A DNA stretch of 64,000 nucleotides from an uncultured Gammaproteobacteria bacterium (GTDB lineage Bacteria; Pseudomonadota; Gammaproteobacteria; DATFLG01). The translations under genes and the position numbers were made by a program. The stretch lies in the NCBI GenBank assembly GCA_964571225.1, contig CAZNBB010000002.1, forward strand, positions 7,421-71,420. The letters run 5' to 3'. Shown piece by piece: positions 19,662-31,293 of the stretch; positions within the stretch are counted from its first letter, which is position 1; every line of letters starts with the position of its first letter. Under the pieces are notes generated by a model, which was given only the letters and a program-made list of their open reading frames with translations, was not told the DNA's origin and did not search any database.

Positions 19662-20018
19662 TCAGACGATCGCCTCGATGTCGGCCAGCCGCCGGTACAT
19701 GAGCCCGATGATGTCGTTCATGGACGCATTGGCGTTGTCCAGAAAGCAGAACACGTTGGCCATCACGCACACCGTGAACTTGGGACCGCGCACCACCCAG
19801 CCCCGCGAGGGCGTGAACGCGCACTGGTCACCGCAGTATGCGCCGAGAATGTCCGCCTGCATGTGCACACCCATGGTCGTTGCGCGGCACATGATGGACG
19901 CCATTCGCGCCTGTTCCTCGTCGAGCTGCCCCTTGTAGGTAAAGCGGTCGCCGCGATAGGAATACTCGCCTGCCGCAAACACCCCTTTCAGATTGGAAAG
20001 TTCAGCAACGATTGACAT
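19662..20018 (-). CDS. Small hypothetical protein, paralog 1 of a tandem triplet (possible Roadblock/LC7-like or DUF2173-type fold)
   Basis: 118 aa with its own SD (GGAGTGGAGGTGAAATG). Shares motifs with the next two ORFs (AAGEYSYRGDRF, RGW..RG, TVC..N..C..A.A). Confidence 0.6.
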   Translation of the reverse strand: MSIVAELSNLKGVFAAGEYSYRGDRFTYKGQLDEEQARMASIMCRATTMGVHMQADILGAYCGDQCAFTPSRGWVVRGPKFTVCVMANVFCFLDNANASMNDIIGLMYRRLADIEAIV

Positions 20019-20165
20019 TTCACCTCCACTCCCTCTCAGTGGTTATTGTTATTTGAATGTCAAATCGTTCTTACCATACCCGGCTGCGTGTTGCCACCAT
20101 TGCGCCTTTCCGGGCCGGGTGGTTATTCTTGGCGGGTTTGCTGTTCTCGCCCCGGACTTGCATTG

Positions 20166-20690
20166 ATGGCTGATTCCGCCCCCCCCCGCGCCGCGCCGCA
20201 ACCGGCCGGCCTTGCACGGCGTCTGGCCGCCATGGTGTACGACGGCCTGGTGCTGTTCGCCGTCTTGGTGCTCGCTTCGGCCATCGCACTGGCGGTCAAC
20301 GGGGGCAAGGCCGTGCCGGCGGGCAATCCGCTCAACCAGGCCTGGCTGTTTTTCGTCACCTATTTCTTTTTCGCCTGGTTCTGGACCCATGGCGGCCAGA
20401 CGGTCGGGATGCGGGCGTGGAGGATTCGCGTACAGCGCCGGGACGGCGGCCCCATCTCATGGACCCAGGCGCTGCTCAGGTTCGCACCGGTGCTGCTTCT
20501 GGCGGTGGTGATGTACGTCCCCGACAAGGTCTTCGAGATCGCGCTGATCTGCTGGGGCGTCTTGGTGGCGCTGGACTTTCTGTGGGTATGGGTCGACGCT
20601 GACCGACTCACCTGGCATGACCGCTATGCCAACACGGTGGTGGTAAACGTGCTGCCGCCCGGACCGGCGCCGGACGGCCAGGAACACTGA
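20166..20690 (+). CDS. RDD family membrane protein
   Basis: MADSAPP...LARRLAAMVYDGLVLFAVLVLA...GQTVGMRAWRIRVQRRDG: the RDD motif arrangement with 3 TM segments. The start is the internal ATG of the track ORF at 20046. Confidence 0.7.
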   Translation: MADSAPPRAAPQPAGLARRLAAMVYDGLVLFAVLVLASAIALAVNGGKAVPAGNPLNQAWLFFVTYFFFAWFWTHGGQTVGMRAWRIRVQRRDGGPISWTQALLRFAPVLLLAVVMYVPDKVFEIALICWGVLVALDFLWVWVDADRLTWHDRYANTVVVNVLPPGPAPDGQEH

Positions 20691-20694
20691 AGGG

Positions 20695-21759
20695 TCAGCG
20701 TACGCGACGCAATACGGCCATGCCGCCGAGGAAGAACACCAACGGCGGTGTAAACGCACTCAATGCCGCGTTGAATCCGTACACCAGCCCCAGGTGGCTC
20801 ACCATCTGACTGAAAAGGTAGTACCCCACACCCACCAGTACGCCCACCACCAGGCGCTGACCCATGGCCGCAGAACGCAGTGGCCCGAACACGAAGGGAA
20901 TGGACAGGAACAGCATCACCATGCCGGACAAGGGTGCTGCCAGGCGCATCCAGAACGCCAGTCGATAGCGCCCCGCGTTCAGTCCGTTGTTGCGCAGGTA
21001 GTCGATATAGCGCAGCAGTTCCCGGGCCGAAAGGTTCTCGGGCCGGACCATGACCAACCTGAGCAGGCCGGGGCTGATCAGCGTCTTCCAGGCAAGCTTC
21101 TGCAGATGGCGGACCTGCACACCGTCGGCGCCCACCCGGCTCTGGCGCACGTCTTCCAGCAGCCAGTCGCCGTTGCGGTACATGGCCCGCTTGGCTTCGG
21201 TGGCCACTTTCAGCCGGTGTTCGTCGTCGAACTGATAGACATGAATGTCCGCCAGAATGCCGCCGGGCAGAATCTGGCCGATATTGATGAACCGATCCTG
21301 ATCCCGCGCCCAGAATCCCAACCTGCCCTTGAAGGTGATGCGGTTGGACTGGGCCAGCGCCTGCATCTGAAGGGCATATTGTTCCGCCGGCGCCGCCACC
21401 CACTCGCCCATGGCCGAGGCAGCGACGAGCATGATCAGGCCCACCTGCAGCACCGAACGGGCGATGCGCCCCACCGACACGCCGGCGGCACGAATCGCCA
21501 CCAGCTCGCTGTTGGCGGCCAACTGGCCGAGCCCGAACAGGCTGCCTACCAGCGCGGAGGTGGGAAACAGGTCGTAGGCCGTGCGCGGCAAGGTCAGGAT
21601 GACGTACTCGAAGGCCTGGGGCAGTCCATAGTTGCCGGTGCCCACACTGCTCAGCTCGGTCATCAGCGAGAAGAAGGCTTGAATCGCCAGCAGCACCAGC
21701 AATGCGATGAGCGTGCCCGACACCACCGCCCGGCCGATATAGCGATCCAACAGGTTCAC
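20695..21759 (-). CDS. lptG: LPS export ABC transporter permease LptG
   Basis: Begins VNLLDRYIGRAVV... (GTG start overlapping the lptF stop as GTGA). YjgP/YjgQ permease family, 354 aa. The track ORF to 22077 is an upstream overlap. Confidence 0.85.
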   Translation of the reverse strand: MNLLDRYIGRAVVSGTLIALLVLLAIQAFFSLMTELSSVGTGNYGLPQAFEYVILTLPRTAYDLFPTSALVGSLFGLGQLAANSELVAIRAAGVSVGRIARSVLQVGLIMLVAASAMGEWVAAPAEQYALQMQALAQSNRITFKGRLGFWARDQDRFINIGQILPGGILADIHVYQFDDEHRLKVATEAKRAMYRNGDWLLEDVRQSRVGADGVQVRHLQKLAWKTLISPGLLRLVMVRPENLSARELLRYIDYLRNNGLNAGRYRLAFWMRLAAPLSGMVMLFLSIPFVFGPLRSAAMGQRLVVGVLVGVGYYLFSQMVSHLGLVYGFNAALSAFTPPLVFFLGGMAVLRRVR

Positions 21760-22841
21760 GAAGCCATCCGCCGTCGGCGACGCAGAGGATTGCGTCCGTA
21801 GAGCAGCACACCCGCCGCCGCCAGAGCGAGTCCGTGAACCCACCACATGCCCACCGCCGGCGGCAGATCGCCGTGCTGGACCCACACCCGCGCCGAGCCC
21901 AGCAGGTTGTAATAGATGATGAACACCAGCACGGCCGCAAACAGTCGACCGTAGCGTCCCTGACGGGGCGTGGTGCGGCTGAGGGGCACGGCGAGCACCA
22001 CCAGGACCAGGGCCGCGAGAGGAATGGACAGTCGCCACTGCAGCTCGGCGGTCTGCTCGGGGCGGCCGCCATGCCACAGTTTGGCCGTGGGCGAGGCGTC
22101 GAGATCCATCCTGACCACTGGCTTGGTGGGCTCGATGAGAATGCCCTGGGTCTGGAACCGCATTACCCGGTAGCCGGGATCGCCGGGGAAGCCCTCATAG
22201 CGGTAGCCGTTCTGAAGCACCAGGTAGCGGTCGCCGGTGTTCGGATCGATGCGCTGATGGCCGCTGGCCGCCGAAATGATGCCCAGGCGCCCGTTGTGCC
22301 GGTCCTCTGCGAAGATATCGGTCATCTTTCGCCGGTCCGGTGAAACGTTCTCCACGTAGTAGATGAGATCCCCACCCAGGGCCTCCTGAAAACGGCCGGG
22401 CGCCACCAGCGCCAGACTGGTGGACTGCTTGGCGCTGGCGACGATACGGTAGGCAGCGGCGTTGGCGTGGGGCACGACCACCAGCGACAGCCAGCTGAGT
22501 CCGGCCGCCACCAGCACGCCGAGGGCCAGCAAAGGGCGATACAGTTGCGCCGGGCCGACACCGCAGGCCGACAGCGCGGCCATCTCGCTGTCCTTGTACA
22601 GCCGCCCCAGGGCCAGCAGTACGCCCAGGTACAGGGAAAACGGCAGCAGGGCATCGAGGTATGTCACGGACTTCAGGCCAAGCAGGGTGAAGACCGTGTA
22701 TCCGGGAAGGTCCCCCGCCGCGGCCTGGGCCAGATAGCTGGCCAGCCGATTGCCGAGTACGATCAGCCATAACAGCAAGGTGGTGGCCAGCCAGTTGAGG
22801 ACCACCTCCTTTAGCAGATAGCGATCGACTATCCGTACCAT
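21756..22841 (-). CDS. lptF: LPS export ABC transporter permease LptF
   Basis: MVRIVDRYLLKEVVLNWLATTLLL...: YjgP/YjgQ family, 361 aa from the internal ATG at 22841. Divergent from pepA as in E. coli. Confidence 0.85.
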   Translation of the reverse strand: MVRIVDRYLLKEVVLNWLATTLLLWLIVLGNRLASYLAQAAAGDLPGYTVFTLLGLKSVTYLDALLPFSLYLGVLLALGRLYKDSEMAALSACGVGPAQLYRPLLALGVLVAAGLSWLSLVVVPHANAAAYRIVASAKQSTSLALVAPGRFQEALGGDLIYYVENVSPDRRKMTDIFAEDRHNGRLGIISAASGHQRIDPNTGDRYLVLQNGYRYEGFPGDPGYRVMRFQTQGILIEPTKPVVRMDLDASPTAKLWHGGRPEQTAELQWRLSIPLAALVLVVLAVPLSRTTPRQGRYGRLFAAVLVFIIYYNLLGSARVWVQHGDLPPAVGMWWVHGLALAAAGVLLYGRNPLRRRRRMAS

Positions 22842-23014
22842 TTCCGGGAAGTTAGCTTGCAGTTGCCCATGAAAGCGGACCCGATTTGCATTAAACTGGC
22901 GGTCTCGGGAATTTTCCTGTGGCAGGTGATAGGTAGCGCCGGGCGAGGCCGGGCTACCGTACACCACAAGCCTTACCAACTGCAATCGTGCGATTCTTCC
23001 AAGAGGAGCCCTGC

Positions 23015-24511
23015 ATGGAATTCAGCGTCAAGAGCGGCAACCCTGAAAAACAGCGCGTCGACTGCGTGGTGGTCGGGGTGTTCGAGAACCGCAAGCTGTC
23101 CGCTGCGGCTACCCGGCTGGACAAGGCCAGCGGCGGATTCATCACGAACCTGTTCCGGCGCGGGGACCTGCAGGGCAAGAAGAGCCAGACGCTGATGCTG
23201 CACTCGGTGCCCGACACCCTGTGCGGCCGGGTGCTGATCGTCGGCTGCGGCACCGAAGCCGAATTCAATGAAAAAACCTACCGGGAAGCGGCAGCGGCGG
23301 CCGCCAAGGTTCTCAACGAATCAGGGGCGACCGAGGCGGTCACCTACCTCACCGATATGGCTGTCCAGGAGCGCGATGTCGCCTGGAAGGTCCGTCACTG
23401 CGTGGAGGCCACCGAAGACGCGCTTTACCGCTTCGAACAGTTGAAGAGCAGAAAGGACAAGGTGAAGCGTCCGCTCAAACAGCTGATCGTGAGCGTGCCG
23501 AGCAAGCGGGAACTGCCGGCCGGTGAGCAGGCCGTGAAGGTGGGCCAGGCCATTGCCGGGGGTGTACGGCTGGCAAAGGATCTGGGCAACCTGCCGGGAA
23601 ACATCTGTACGCCCACCTACCTGGCCGGCCAGGCACGGTCGCTGCAGAAGCACCACCGCAAGATCCATGTGGAAGTGTTGGAACGGTCTGACATGGAAAA
23701 GCTCGGCATGGGTGCCCTGCTGTCGGTTGCCCGCGGCAGCCGACAACCGCCGAAGCTCATCGTCATCCACTACCGGGGCGCCGCCAAGGACAAGAAGCCC
23801 GTGGCCCTGGTGGGTAAGGGCGTGACCTTCGACTCGGGTGGCATCTCCATCAAGCCGGGGCAGGCCATGGACGAAATGAAGTTCGACATGTGCGGAGCCG
23901 CCAGCGTGCTGGGCACCTTGAGCGCCTGCGCCACCCTGGGTCTGCCGTTGAACGTGACCGGCGTCATCCCGGCGACGGAAAACCTCCCCGACGGCGACGC
24001 CAGCAAGCCGGGCGACATCGTCACCACCCTGTCCGGCCAGACCGTCGAGATTCTCAACACCGACGCCGAGGGCCGGCTCATTCTTTGCGACGCGCTGACC
24101 TACACCGAGCGCTTCGAACCCGAAGCGGTAATCGATATCGCCACCCTGACCGGTGCCTGCGTCATCGCGCTGGGAAGCCACGCATCGGGCCTGCTGGGTA
24201 ATGATGACGCGCTGACCAACGAACTGCTCGATGCCGGGCGCGCGGCCGGCGATCGGACCTGGGCACTGCCCCTCTGGGATGAGTACCAGGAACAGCTGAA
24301 GAGCAATTTCGCCGATATGGCCAACATCGGGGGACGGGAAGCCGGCACCATTACGGCCGCCTGCTTCCTGTCGCGATTCACCAAGAAATTCCATTGGGCC
24401 CATCTGGATATCGCAGGAGTGGCCTGGAATTCGGGGGCCAACAAGGGCGCCACCGGAAGGCCGGTGCCCCTGCTCACCCAGTATCTGCTGGGAGTCGCCG
24501 GCCAGGGTTGA
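23015..24511 (+). CDS. pepA: Leucyl aminopeptidase (M17)
   Basis: MEFSVKSGNPEKQ..., the NTDAEGRL motif and VGKGVTFDSGG. SD AGGAG 6 nt upstream. 498 aa. Confidence 0.92.
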   Translation: MEFSVKSGNPEKQRVDCVVVGVFENRKLSAAATRLDKASGGFITNLFRRGDLQGKKSQTLMLHSVPDTLCGRVLIVGCGTEAEFNEKTYREAAAAAAKVLNESGATEAVTYLTDMAVQERDVAWKVRHCVEATEDALYRFEQLKSRKDKVKRPLKQLIVSVPSKRELPAGEQAVKVGQAIAGGVRLAKDLGNLPGNICTPTYLAGQARSLQKHHRKIHVEVLERSDMEKLGMGALLSVARGSRQPPKLIVIHYRGAAKDKKPVALVGKGVTFDSGGISIKPGQAMDEMKFDMCGAASVLGTLSACATLGLPLNVTGVIPATENLPDGDASKPGDIVTTLSGQTVEILNTDAEGRLILCDALTYTERFEPEAVIDIATLTGACVIALGSHASGLLGNDDALTNELLDAGRAAGDRTWALPLWDEYQEQLKSNFADMANIGGREAGTITAACFLSRFTKKFHWAHLDIAGVAWNSGANKGATGRPVPLLTQYLLGVAGQG

Positions 24512-24553
24512 GGTCCATGACCGGGGCCGGCGCCCCGGGCTGGGAACGCTGAT

Positions 24554-24979
24554 ATGACGCGCATCGACTTCTACGTGCTGGGCGGCAACGGCCCCAACGA
24601 CCGACCACTGCTGGCCTGCCGGTTGGCCGAAAAGGCGTTCCAGCGTGGCCATCAGGTCTATATTCATACTGAGTCGCCGGCTCAAAGCCGGCTGCTGGAC
24701 GACCTGCTGTGGACCTTCCGGGCCGGCAGCTTCGTACCCCACGGCCCGCCCGAGCAGGCCGGGGAGGTCCCGGTAGTGGTCGGTGACGGCGGCGAACCGG
24801 ACAGCCACACCGGCGTGCTCATCAACCTGGCCCCGGAGGTACCGCTGTTTTTCAGTCGATTCGCACGGGTGGCCGAACTGGTGGACCAGAACGACGCCCA
24901 GTTGAAAGCGGGGCGGGAACGCTATCGATTCTACAAGGAGCGTGGCTACGAATTGGCCTCGCACAAGCTCAACGGATAG
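24554..24979 (+). CDS. holC: DNA polymerase III subunit chi
   Basis: 141 aa. MTRIDFYVLGGNGPNDRPLLACRLAEKAFQRGHQVYIHT: a typical HolC, in the conserved pepA-holC-valS order. Confidence 0.88.
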   Translation: MTRIDFYVLGGNGPNDRPLLACRLAEKAFQRGHQVYIHTESPAQSRLLDDLLWTFRAGSFVPHGPPEQAGEVPVVVGDGGEPDSHTGVLINLAPEVPLFFSRFARVAELVDQNDAQLKAGRERYRFYKERGYELASHKLNG

Positions 24980-24983
24980 TCCC

Positions 24984-25355
24984 ATGAATCAGGCCGGCAG
25001 CAACTACCGACAGGGACCTGCGGACGATGCACAGTCCGAGGTCTGCAACGCGAACTTTCCCCTGGACGAGCATGGCGTTCCGATCCTCTATGAGGTGGTG
25101 GCGCCCGAACGCTGGCACCAGGAGGGCAGCCCGGCGGCAGAGGCCGGCGAGGACCTGCTGGCGGACATCGTCCCGCGCCTGGAAGTGCTGCTGCAGGCGC
25201 GCCTGGACTCTGCCGTGGACGAGGCCATGCACCACGCCATGGAACAGGCACTGCAGGCCGCGGAACGGCGCCTGCGCGACGACCTGCACAGCCAGTTGCA
25301 CCACGTCCTGCCCACGTTGATCGCCGAAGTCCTGCAGAAGCGCTCCGGCCACTGA
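24984..25355 (+). CDS. Hypothetical protein (acidic, about 123 aa) between holC and valS
   Basis: An ORF in the position where several gammaproteobacteria carry a small conserved gene. No recognisable motif and the start is uncertain. Confidence 0.4.
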   Translation: MNQAGSNYRQGPADDAQSEVCNANFPLDEHGVPILYEVVAPERWHQEGSPAAEAGEDLLADIVPRLEVLLQARLDSAVDEAMHHAMEQALQAAERRLRDDLHSQLHHVLPTLIAEVLQKRSGH

Positions 25356-25450
25356 CGAGCCCTAAGCACGGCCGGCGGCAGCTTCAGTGGAGTATAATGC
25401 GCGGCTGCTGCGGGCCGACCGCGTCCTATAACAAACCCGAAGCCGACCCC

Positions 25451-28318
25451 ATGATGGACAAGACATACGACCCCCACGCCATCGAACAGCGCTGGTACGA
25501 AACCTGGGAGAGCCGCGGCTACTTCACGCCCCGCGGAGCCGGCGAGCCGTACTGCATCATGATCCCGCCGCCCAATGTCACGGGCAGCCTGCATATGGGG
25601 CACGCCTTTCAGGACACCCTGATGGACGCCCTCACCCGCTATCACCGCATGCGCGGCGACCGCACCCTGTGGCAGGCCGGCAGCGACCACGCCGGCATCG
25701 CCACCCAGATGGTGGTGGAGCGCCAGCTCAACGCCGAAAACCGCACCCGCCACGACCTGGGACGCGACGCCTTCATCGACAAGGTGTGGGAATGGAAGCA
25801 GACATCCGGCGGCACCATCACCCGCCAGTTGCGCCGCATGGGGGCGTCCCTGGACTGGTCCCGGGAGCGGTTCACCATGGACGAGGGCTTGTCCGAAGCG
25901 GTGCGCGAGGTATTCGTGCGCCTGCACGAGGAAGGGCTCATCTATCGCGGCAAACGGCTGGTCAACTGGGATCCCGTGCTGCACACGGCCGTTTCGGACC
26001 TGGAAGTCGTCTCCCAGGAGGAAAGCGGCCATCTGTGGCATATGCGCTATCCGCTGAGCGACGGCTCCGGCCATCTGGTGGTCGCCACCACCCGCCCGGA
26101 GACCATGCTCGGAGACACGGCGGTGGCCGTCCACCCCGACGACGGACGCTACCGCGAACTGGTGGGCAGGACGGTGCGCCTGCCCCTGGCGGAGCGGGAC
26201 ATTCCGGTGATCGCCGACGAGTACGTGGACCCGGAATTCGGCACCGGTTGCGTGAAGATCACACCGGCCCATGACTTCAACGACTACGGCGTCTGGCAGC
26301 GCCACCAGTCCGAGCTGGAAAGCCAGCCGTTCGGCGGGCTGATCAACCTGTTCAAGGTGGACGCGCGGCTCAAGGACAGCCCTCTGGACGACTCAGGCTT
26401 TACCCGCAGGCCCGCGGACGACGACGGCGCGGCGGCAAAACCTACCTGCGAGCTCATCCCCGAAAAATACCGGGGGCTGGACCGCTACGAGGCCCGCGAC
26501 GTTATCGTCCATGACCTGGAAGAGCTGGGCCTGTTGGAAAAGACCGACGACCACAAGCTGATGGTGCCCCGCGGCGACCGCTCGGGAGCGGTGGTGGAGC
26601 CGTTCCTGACCGACCAGTGGTTCGTCAAAATCGGCCCGCTGGCCGAACCGGCCATACGGGCGGTGGAAACCGGCCGGGTGCGCTTCGTTCCGGACAACTG
26701 GAAGAACACCTACTTCGAGTGGATGCGCAACATCCAGGACTGGTGCATCTCCCGCCAGATCTGGTGGGGCCACCGCATCCCGGCCTGGTACGATGAGGCC
26801 GGCCATGTGTTCGTGGGCCGTTCGGAGCAGGAGGTGCGCGAGCGCCACAGCCTGGGCGCCGATGTGGCGCTGACCCAGGACGAGGACGTGCTGGACACCT
26901 GGTTCTCCTCGGCCCTGTGGCCGTTCAGCACTCTGGGGTGGCCCCACCGGACCGAGGAACTGGACACCTTCTACCCCACCAGCGTGCTGGTGACCGGTTT
27001 CGACATCATTTTCTTCTGGGTGGCCCGCATGATCATGATGGGCCTGAAATTCATGGACGACGTGCCGTTCCGGGAAGTCTATATCCACGGCCTGGTGCGC
27101 GACGCCCATGGGCAGAAGATGTCCAAATCGAAGGGCAACGTGCTGGATCCCATCGATCTGATCGACGGCATCGACCTGGAATCCCTGGTGGCCAAACGCA
27201 CGGCGGGCCTCATGCAGCCCCAGATGCGGGGCAAGATCGAGAAATCCACCCGCAAGGAGTTCCCCGACGGCATCCCTGCCCTGGGTACCGACGCCCTGCG
27301 CTTCACCTTTGCGGCCCTGGCTTCCACCGGGCGGGACATCAACTTCGATATGGGTCGTGTCGAGGGCTACCGCAATTTCTGCAACAAGCTCTGGAACGCC
27401 GCCCGCTACGTGCTCATGAACACCGAGGGGGAAGACTGCGGGCAGCATGGGGGCGATGTGACCCTGAGTGCCGCCGACCGCTGGATCGTCTCGCGTCTGC
27501 AGCAGACCGAACGCACCGTGGCGGACGCCATGGCGGAGTACCGTTTCGATCTGGCCGCCCAGGCCCTCTACGAGTTCACCTGGAACGAGTACTGCGACTG
27601 GTATCTGGAGCTGTCCAAACCCGTATTGACCGCCGCCGACAGCACCGACAGCCAACGTCGCGGCACCCGCCGCACCCTGGTGCAGGTGCTGGAGACGCTG
27701 CTGCGGCTGGGCCACCCGCTGATGCCGTTCATCACCGAGGAAATCTGGCAGCGGGTCGCGCCCCTGGCCGGTCGCGAAGGAGACACGGTCATGCTGCAGC
27801 CTTTCCCCGAGCCGGACGCATCCCTGATCGACCCGGAAGCGACGGCCGAGATGGAGTGGGTAATGGGTGTGATCCTGGGGGTGCGCAAGATCCGCAGCGG
27901 CATGAACATCGCGCCGGGCAAGCCCCTGCCGGTGCTGCTGGCCGACGGCTCGGCCCAGGACCGCGAGCGCGAGGCCCGTCAACGCCATTACCTCAGGGCA
28001 TTGGGCCGCCTGGAGTCCATCACCTGGGTCGCGGACGGCGATACCGCGCCGGAATCGGCAACGGCGTTGGTGGGTCAGCTCAAAGTGCTGATCCCCATGG
28101 CCGGTCTCATAGACAAGGAAGCCGAACTGGCACGCCTGGGCAAGGAGATCGAGCGGGTGGCGGCGGACCTGGGACGCTGCGAAAGCAAGCTGCAGAACGC
28201 CAACTTCGTGCAGCGCGCGCCCGCCGAGGTCGTAGCGAAGGAGCAGGGGCGCGCCAGTGATCTGAAGAGCGCGCTGGCGGACCTGGAGAGTCAACGCGTG
28301 CGCATTGCCGCACTTTAG
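25451..28318 (+). CDS. valS: Valine--tRNA ligase
   Basis: [20 protein letters not shown]..., [14 protein letters not shown] (HIGH) and KMSKSKGN. 955 aa. Confidence 0.95.
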   Translation: MMDKTYDPHAIEQRWYETWESRGYFTPRGAGEPYCIMIPPPNVTGSLHMGHAFQDTLMDALTRYHRMRGDRTLWQAGSDHAGIATQMVVERQLNAENRTRHDLGRDAFIDKVWEWKQTSGGTITRQLRRMGASLDWSRERFTMDEGLSEAVREVFVRLHEEGLIYRGKRLVNWDPVLHTAVSDLEVVSQEESGHLWHMRYPLSDGSGHLVVATTRPETMLGDTAVAVHPDDGRYRELVGRTVRLPLAERDIPVIADEYVDPEFGTGCVKITPAHDFNDYGVWQRHQSELESQPFGGLINLFKVDARLKDSPLDDSGFTRRPADDDGAAAKPTCELIPEKYRGLDRYEARDVIVHDLEELGLLEKTDDHKLMVPRGDRSGAVVEPFLTDQWFVKIGPLAEPAIRAVETGRVRFVPDNWKNTYFEWMRNIQDWCISRQIWWGHRIPAWYDEAGHVFVGRSEQEVRERHSLGADVALTQDEDVLDTWFSSALWPFSTLGWPHRTEELDTFYPTSVLVTGFDIIFFWVARMIMMGLKFMDDVPFREVYIHGLVRDAHGQKMSKSKGNVLDPIDLIDGIDLESLVAKRTAGLMQPQMRGKIEKSTRKEFPDGIPALGTDALRFTFAALASTGRDINFDMGRVEGYRNFCNKLWNAARYVLMNTEGEDCGQHGGDVTLSAADRWIVSRLQQTERTVADAMAEYRFDLAAQALYEFTWNEYCDWYLELSKPVLTAADSTDSQRRGTRRTLVQVLETLLRLGHPLMPFITEEIWQRVAPLAGREGDTVMLQPFPEPDASLIDPEATAEMEWVMGVILGVRKIRSGMNIAPGKPLPVLLADGSAQDREREARQRHYLRALGRLESITWVADGDTAPESATALVGQLKVLIPMAGLIDKEAELARLGKEIERVAADLGRCESKLQNANFVQRAPAEVVAKEQGRASDLKSALADLESQRVRIAAL

Positions 28319-28459
28319 TGGTTCGTGGGGGGAAATAGTGTGCCGCCGCCAGACGGCGGCGCGTTACTGGAACCCATCTCAAAATGCATCTCGCCCGCCG
28401 ATCCTGCGGTGCGCGTCGCGCCTTGTCTTGACGGCCGATCCACTATTTTGAAATAGGCT

Positions 28460-28669
28460 CTACTGCCCCGCGGAGCGCAGCACCAGCTGGACCACCCCCC
28501 AGACGGTCAGCACGAACAGGACCGTGGCGATGACGCCGGCGACTATATAGGGTGTCGCGCTGTTGCCGGAGAAATCCTCCCGGTGCTTGCGGCTGCTCTG
28601 GACGCCGAACATGCTGGCAAACACACTGGCGAAAACCTTGCGTAACGAAGGGGTCGATTGCTCACTCAT
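28460..28669 (-). CDS. Small membrane protein (DUF2970-like)
   Basis: 69 aa. A hydrophobic helix (VAGVIATVLFVLTVWGVVQLVL) after a basic N-terminus. Confidence 0.5.
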   Translation of the reverse strand: MSEQSTPSLRKVFASVFASMFGVQSSRKHREDFSGNSATPYIVAGVIATVLFVLTVWGVVQLVLRSAGQ

Positions 28670-28922
28670 AACATGCCCTGCTTCATTTCGGTGGCCGCTG
28701 GCCGCTCAATTGTACGACGGCCCCGAACCCCTCACCAGCGGGGTACCGGCGCCGGCGCTCTCAAGTTGTTGATAGAAAGGCCGCTAAACGCGTAGTCAGG
28801 CATAATTTTAACTAGATAAAACGTAGGGTTGTGCATGTTGCGGCAATCGTTGACCCCGATTGCGGCACGGAAGCCTTGACACCCGCATGCGCCTTCGGAG
28901 AAGCACAGGAGCAAGGCTGTCA

Positions 28923-29984
<1,062 letters not shown>

Positions 29985-30220
29985 CCATCCCGCCGTCTGC
30001 GCCGCGCCGCTCAAGTTCGGCCGCCCCGTGCCGATTCACCCCGTAAGCCGGGAAAAACCGGTTTCCGCGCCGCTCCCGATCAAAGCGGGGGCGGAGACAA
30101 CGGAGCGGCGGCCCCGACGCCGGCCATAGGGTCGCGCGCCGGGGCCGACGTGCCACAGCACGGCGAACAGCGTCTGGCTGCGCGCCGGACGCGACCGGCC
30201 ATCGGTCGCGCCCAACGACT

Positions 30221-31255
30221 ATGCGACACTCCCCCACACCCACGCATCGACGGCGCCCCGCACGGCCCATGACCGGCCCGGACGGCGCGAGCGCAATCCG
30301 CACGACCCATCTGAGGGTTGTGGCGACCCTGGGTACCCTGGCTGCGGTGGCGTGGACGCAGACCGGCGATGCGCGATCCTGGACCGCCGTACTCATCCTG
30401 AGCACCTATGTTGCGATCACTGCGGGCGTGCAACTGGCGGCCCGCCGCGCCCCCATTCGATCCGCGCTCACACGCCCTGCCTCGCTGTTCGCGGACGTGG
30501 CCGTCACCACATTGGGGATCTATTACTCGGGCGACGCCGCGGCGGCGATGTTGCCCGTGTATGTAACCCTGTGCGCCGAATACGGCATGCGCTTCGGAGC
30601 CCGCTATCTGTGGTGGGCCGCCACCCTGGGCGCGGCGGGGGTACTGTGCCTGTGGGTGCTCGACAATGGCGCACTGCGTTCGCACCTGACGGTGGTCGGC
30701 CTGGCGGGCGGTATCGCCATCGCCATGGTATATCTGGACGCTCTGTGGGCGAGGCGGCGCTCCGCCGCCACCGACCGCGGGCAAACCGAAGCGACGGCAC
30801 AATCCGCCGACACGATCCCGCCGCCCAGGACCGCCGAGGGCACGTGCGCGCAGATTCAGGCACCGGCGTGGACGATCGCACGGGAAACGCCATTGATGGA
30901 CGAACGGATTCTGGCAGATCTCCGGTGTCTGAGCGGGAACAGGGACTTCATGGCTGTGCTGGCCGACGGCTTCGTAGAGGAAACGCAATCCCTGTCGCAG
31001 GATCTGCAACAAGCGGTCGAGAACCATGACCACGGGGCCTACCAGGACTGTCTGTACGCTCTCAAGAGCAGCGCCGCCAACATCGGCGCCCGCCAGTTGC
31101 ACCAGCTTTGCCAGCAGGCCCTCGCCGCGGATGCCGGGGACAGCGACAACGGCGGCCGCCAGTGGCTGTCCCGGATTCGCCAATGCATATGCCGGACCCA
31201 CAGGGCTTTGCTGGACACTGGAGTCATGGGCCGCGAGGCCCGGCACCAGGATTGA
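30221..31255 (+). CDS. Polytopic membrane protein with a C-terminal Hpt-like domain (putative phosphotransfer protein)
   Basis: The N-terminal roughly 190 aa contain multiple TM helices and are paralogous to the N-terminus of the adjacent kinase (LPVYVTLCAEYGMRFGARYLWWAATLGAAG vs FPVYLWVAVGNGLRYGGRYLLLATGLALTG). The C-terminus carries ...LYALKSSAANIGARQL, an Hpt signature with Tyr where His is expected. The start is uncertain and may be the ATG at 30269. Confidence 0.65.
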   Translation: MRHSPTPTHRRRPARPMTGPDGASAIRTTHLRVVATLGTLAAVAWTQTGDARSWTAVLILSTYVAITAGVQLAARRAPIRSALTRPASLFADVAVTTLGIYYSGDAAAAMLPVYVTLCAEYGMRFGARYLWWAATLGAAGVLCLWVLDNGALRSHLTVVGLAGGIAIAMVYLDALWARRRSAATDRGQTEATAQSADTIPPPRTAEGTCAQIQAPAWTIARETPLMDERILADLRCLSGNRDFMAVLADGFVEETQSLSQDLQQAVENHDHGAYQDCLYALKSSAANIGARQLHQLCQQALAADAGDSDNGGRQWLSRIRQCICRTHRALLDTGVMGREARHQD

Positions 31256-31293
31256 CCCCCGGCCACCCTACCGGGGGCCCACCATCGGCCCGT

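Noticed and set aside
11753-20165. tRNA-Glu-flanked genomic island carrying the arn operon and the small-protein triplet.
   Set aside because: No integrase, recombinase or direct repeat of the tRNA 3' end was found downstream, and composition of the arn genes matches the rest of the window.
20624-22072. 482-aa ORF overlapping lptG and lptF in another frame.
   Set aside because: The alternative frame of the same strand encodes recognisable LptG and LptF with the canonical GTGA stop/start overlap. This frame is low-complexity, Arg/Gly-rich and has no TM pattern.
28341-28363. GC hairpin (CCGCCGCC-AGAC-GGCGGCG) right after valS as an intrinsic terminator.
   Set aside because: No U-run follows on either strand. 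It may be a Rho-dependent or structural element, and was not called as a terminator.
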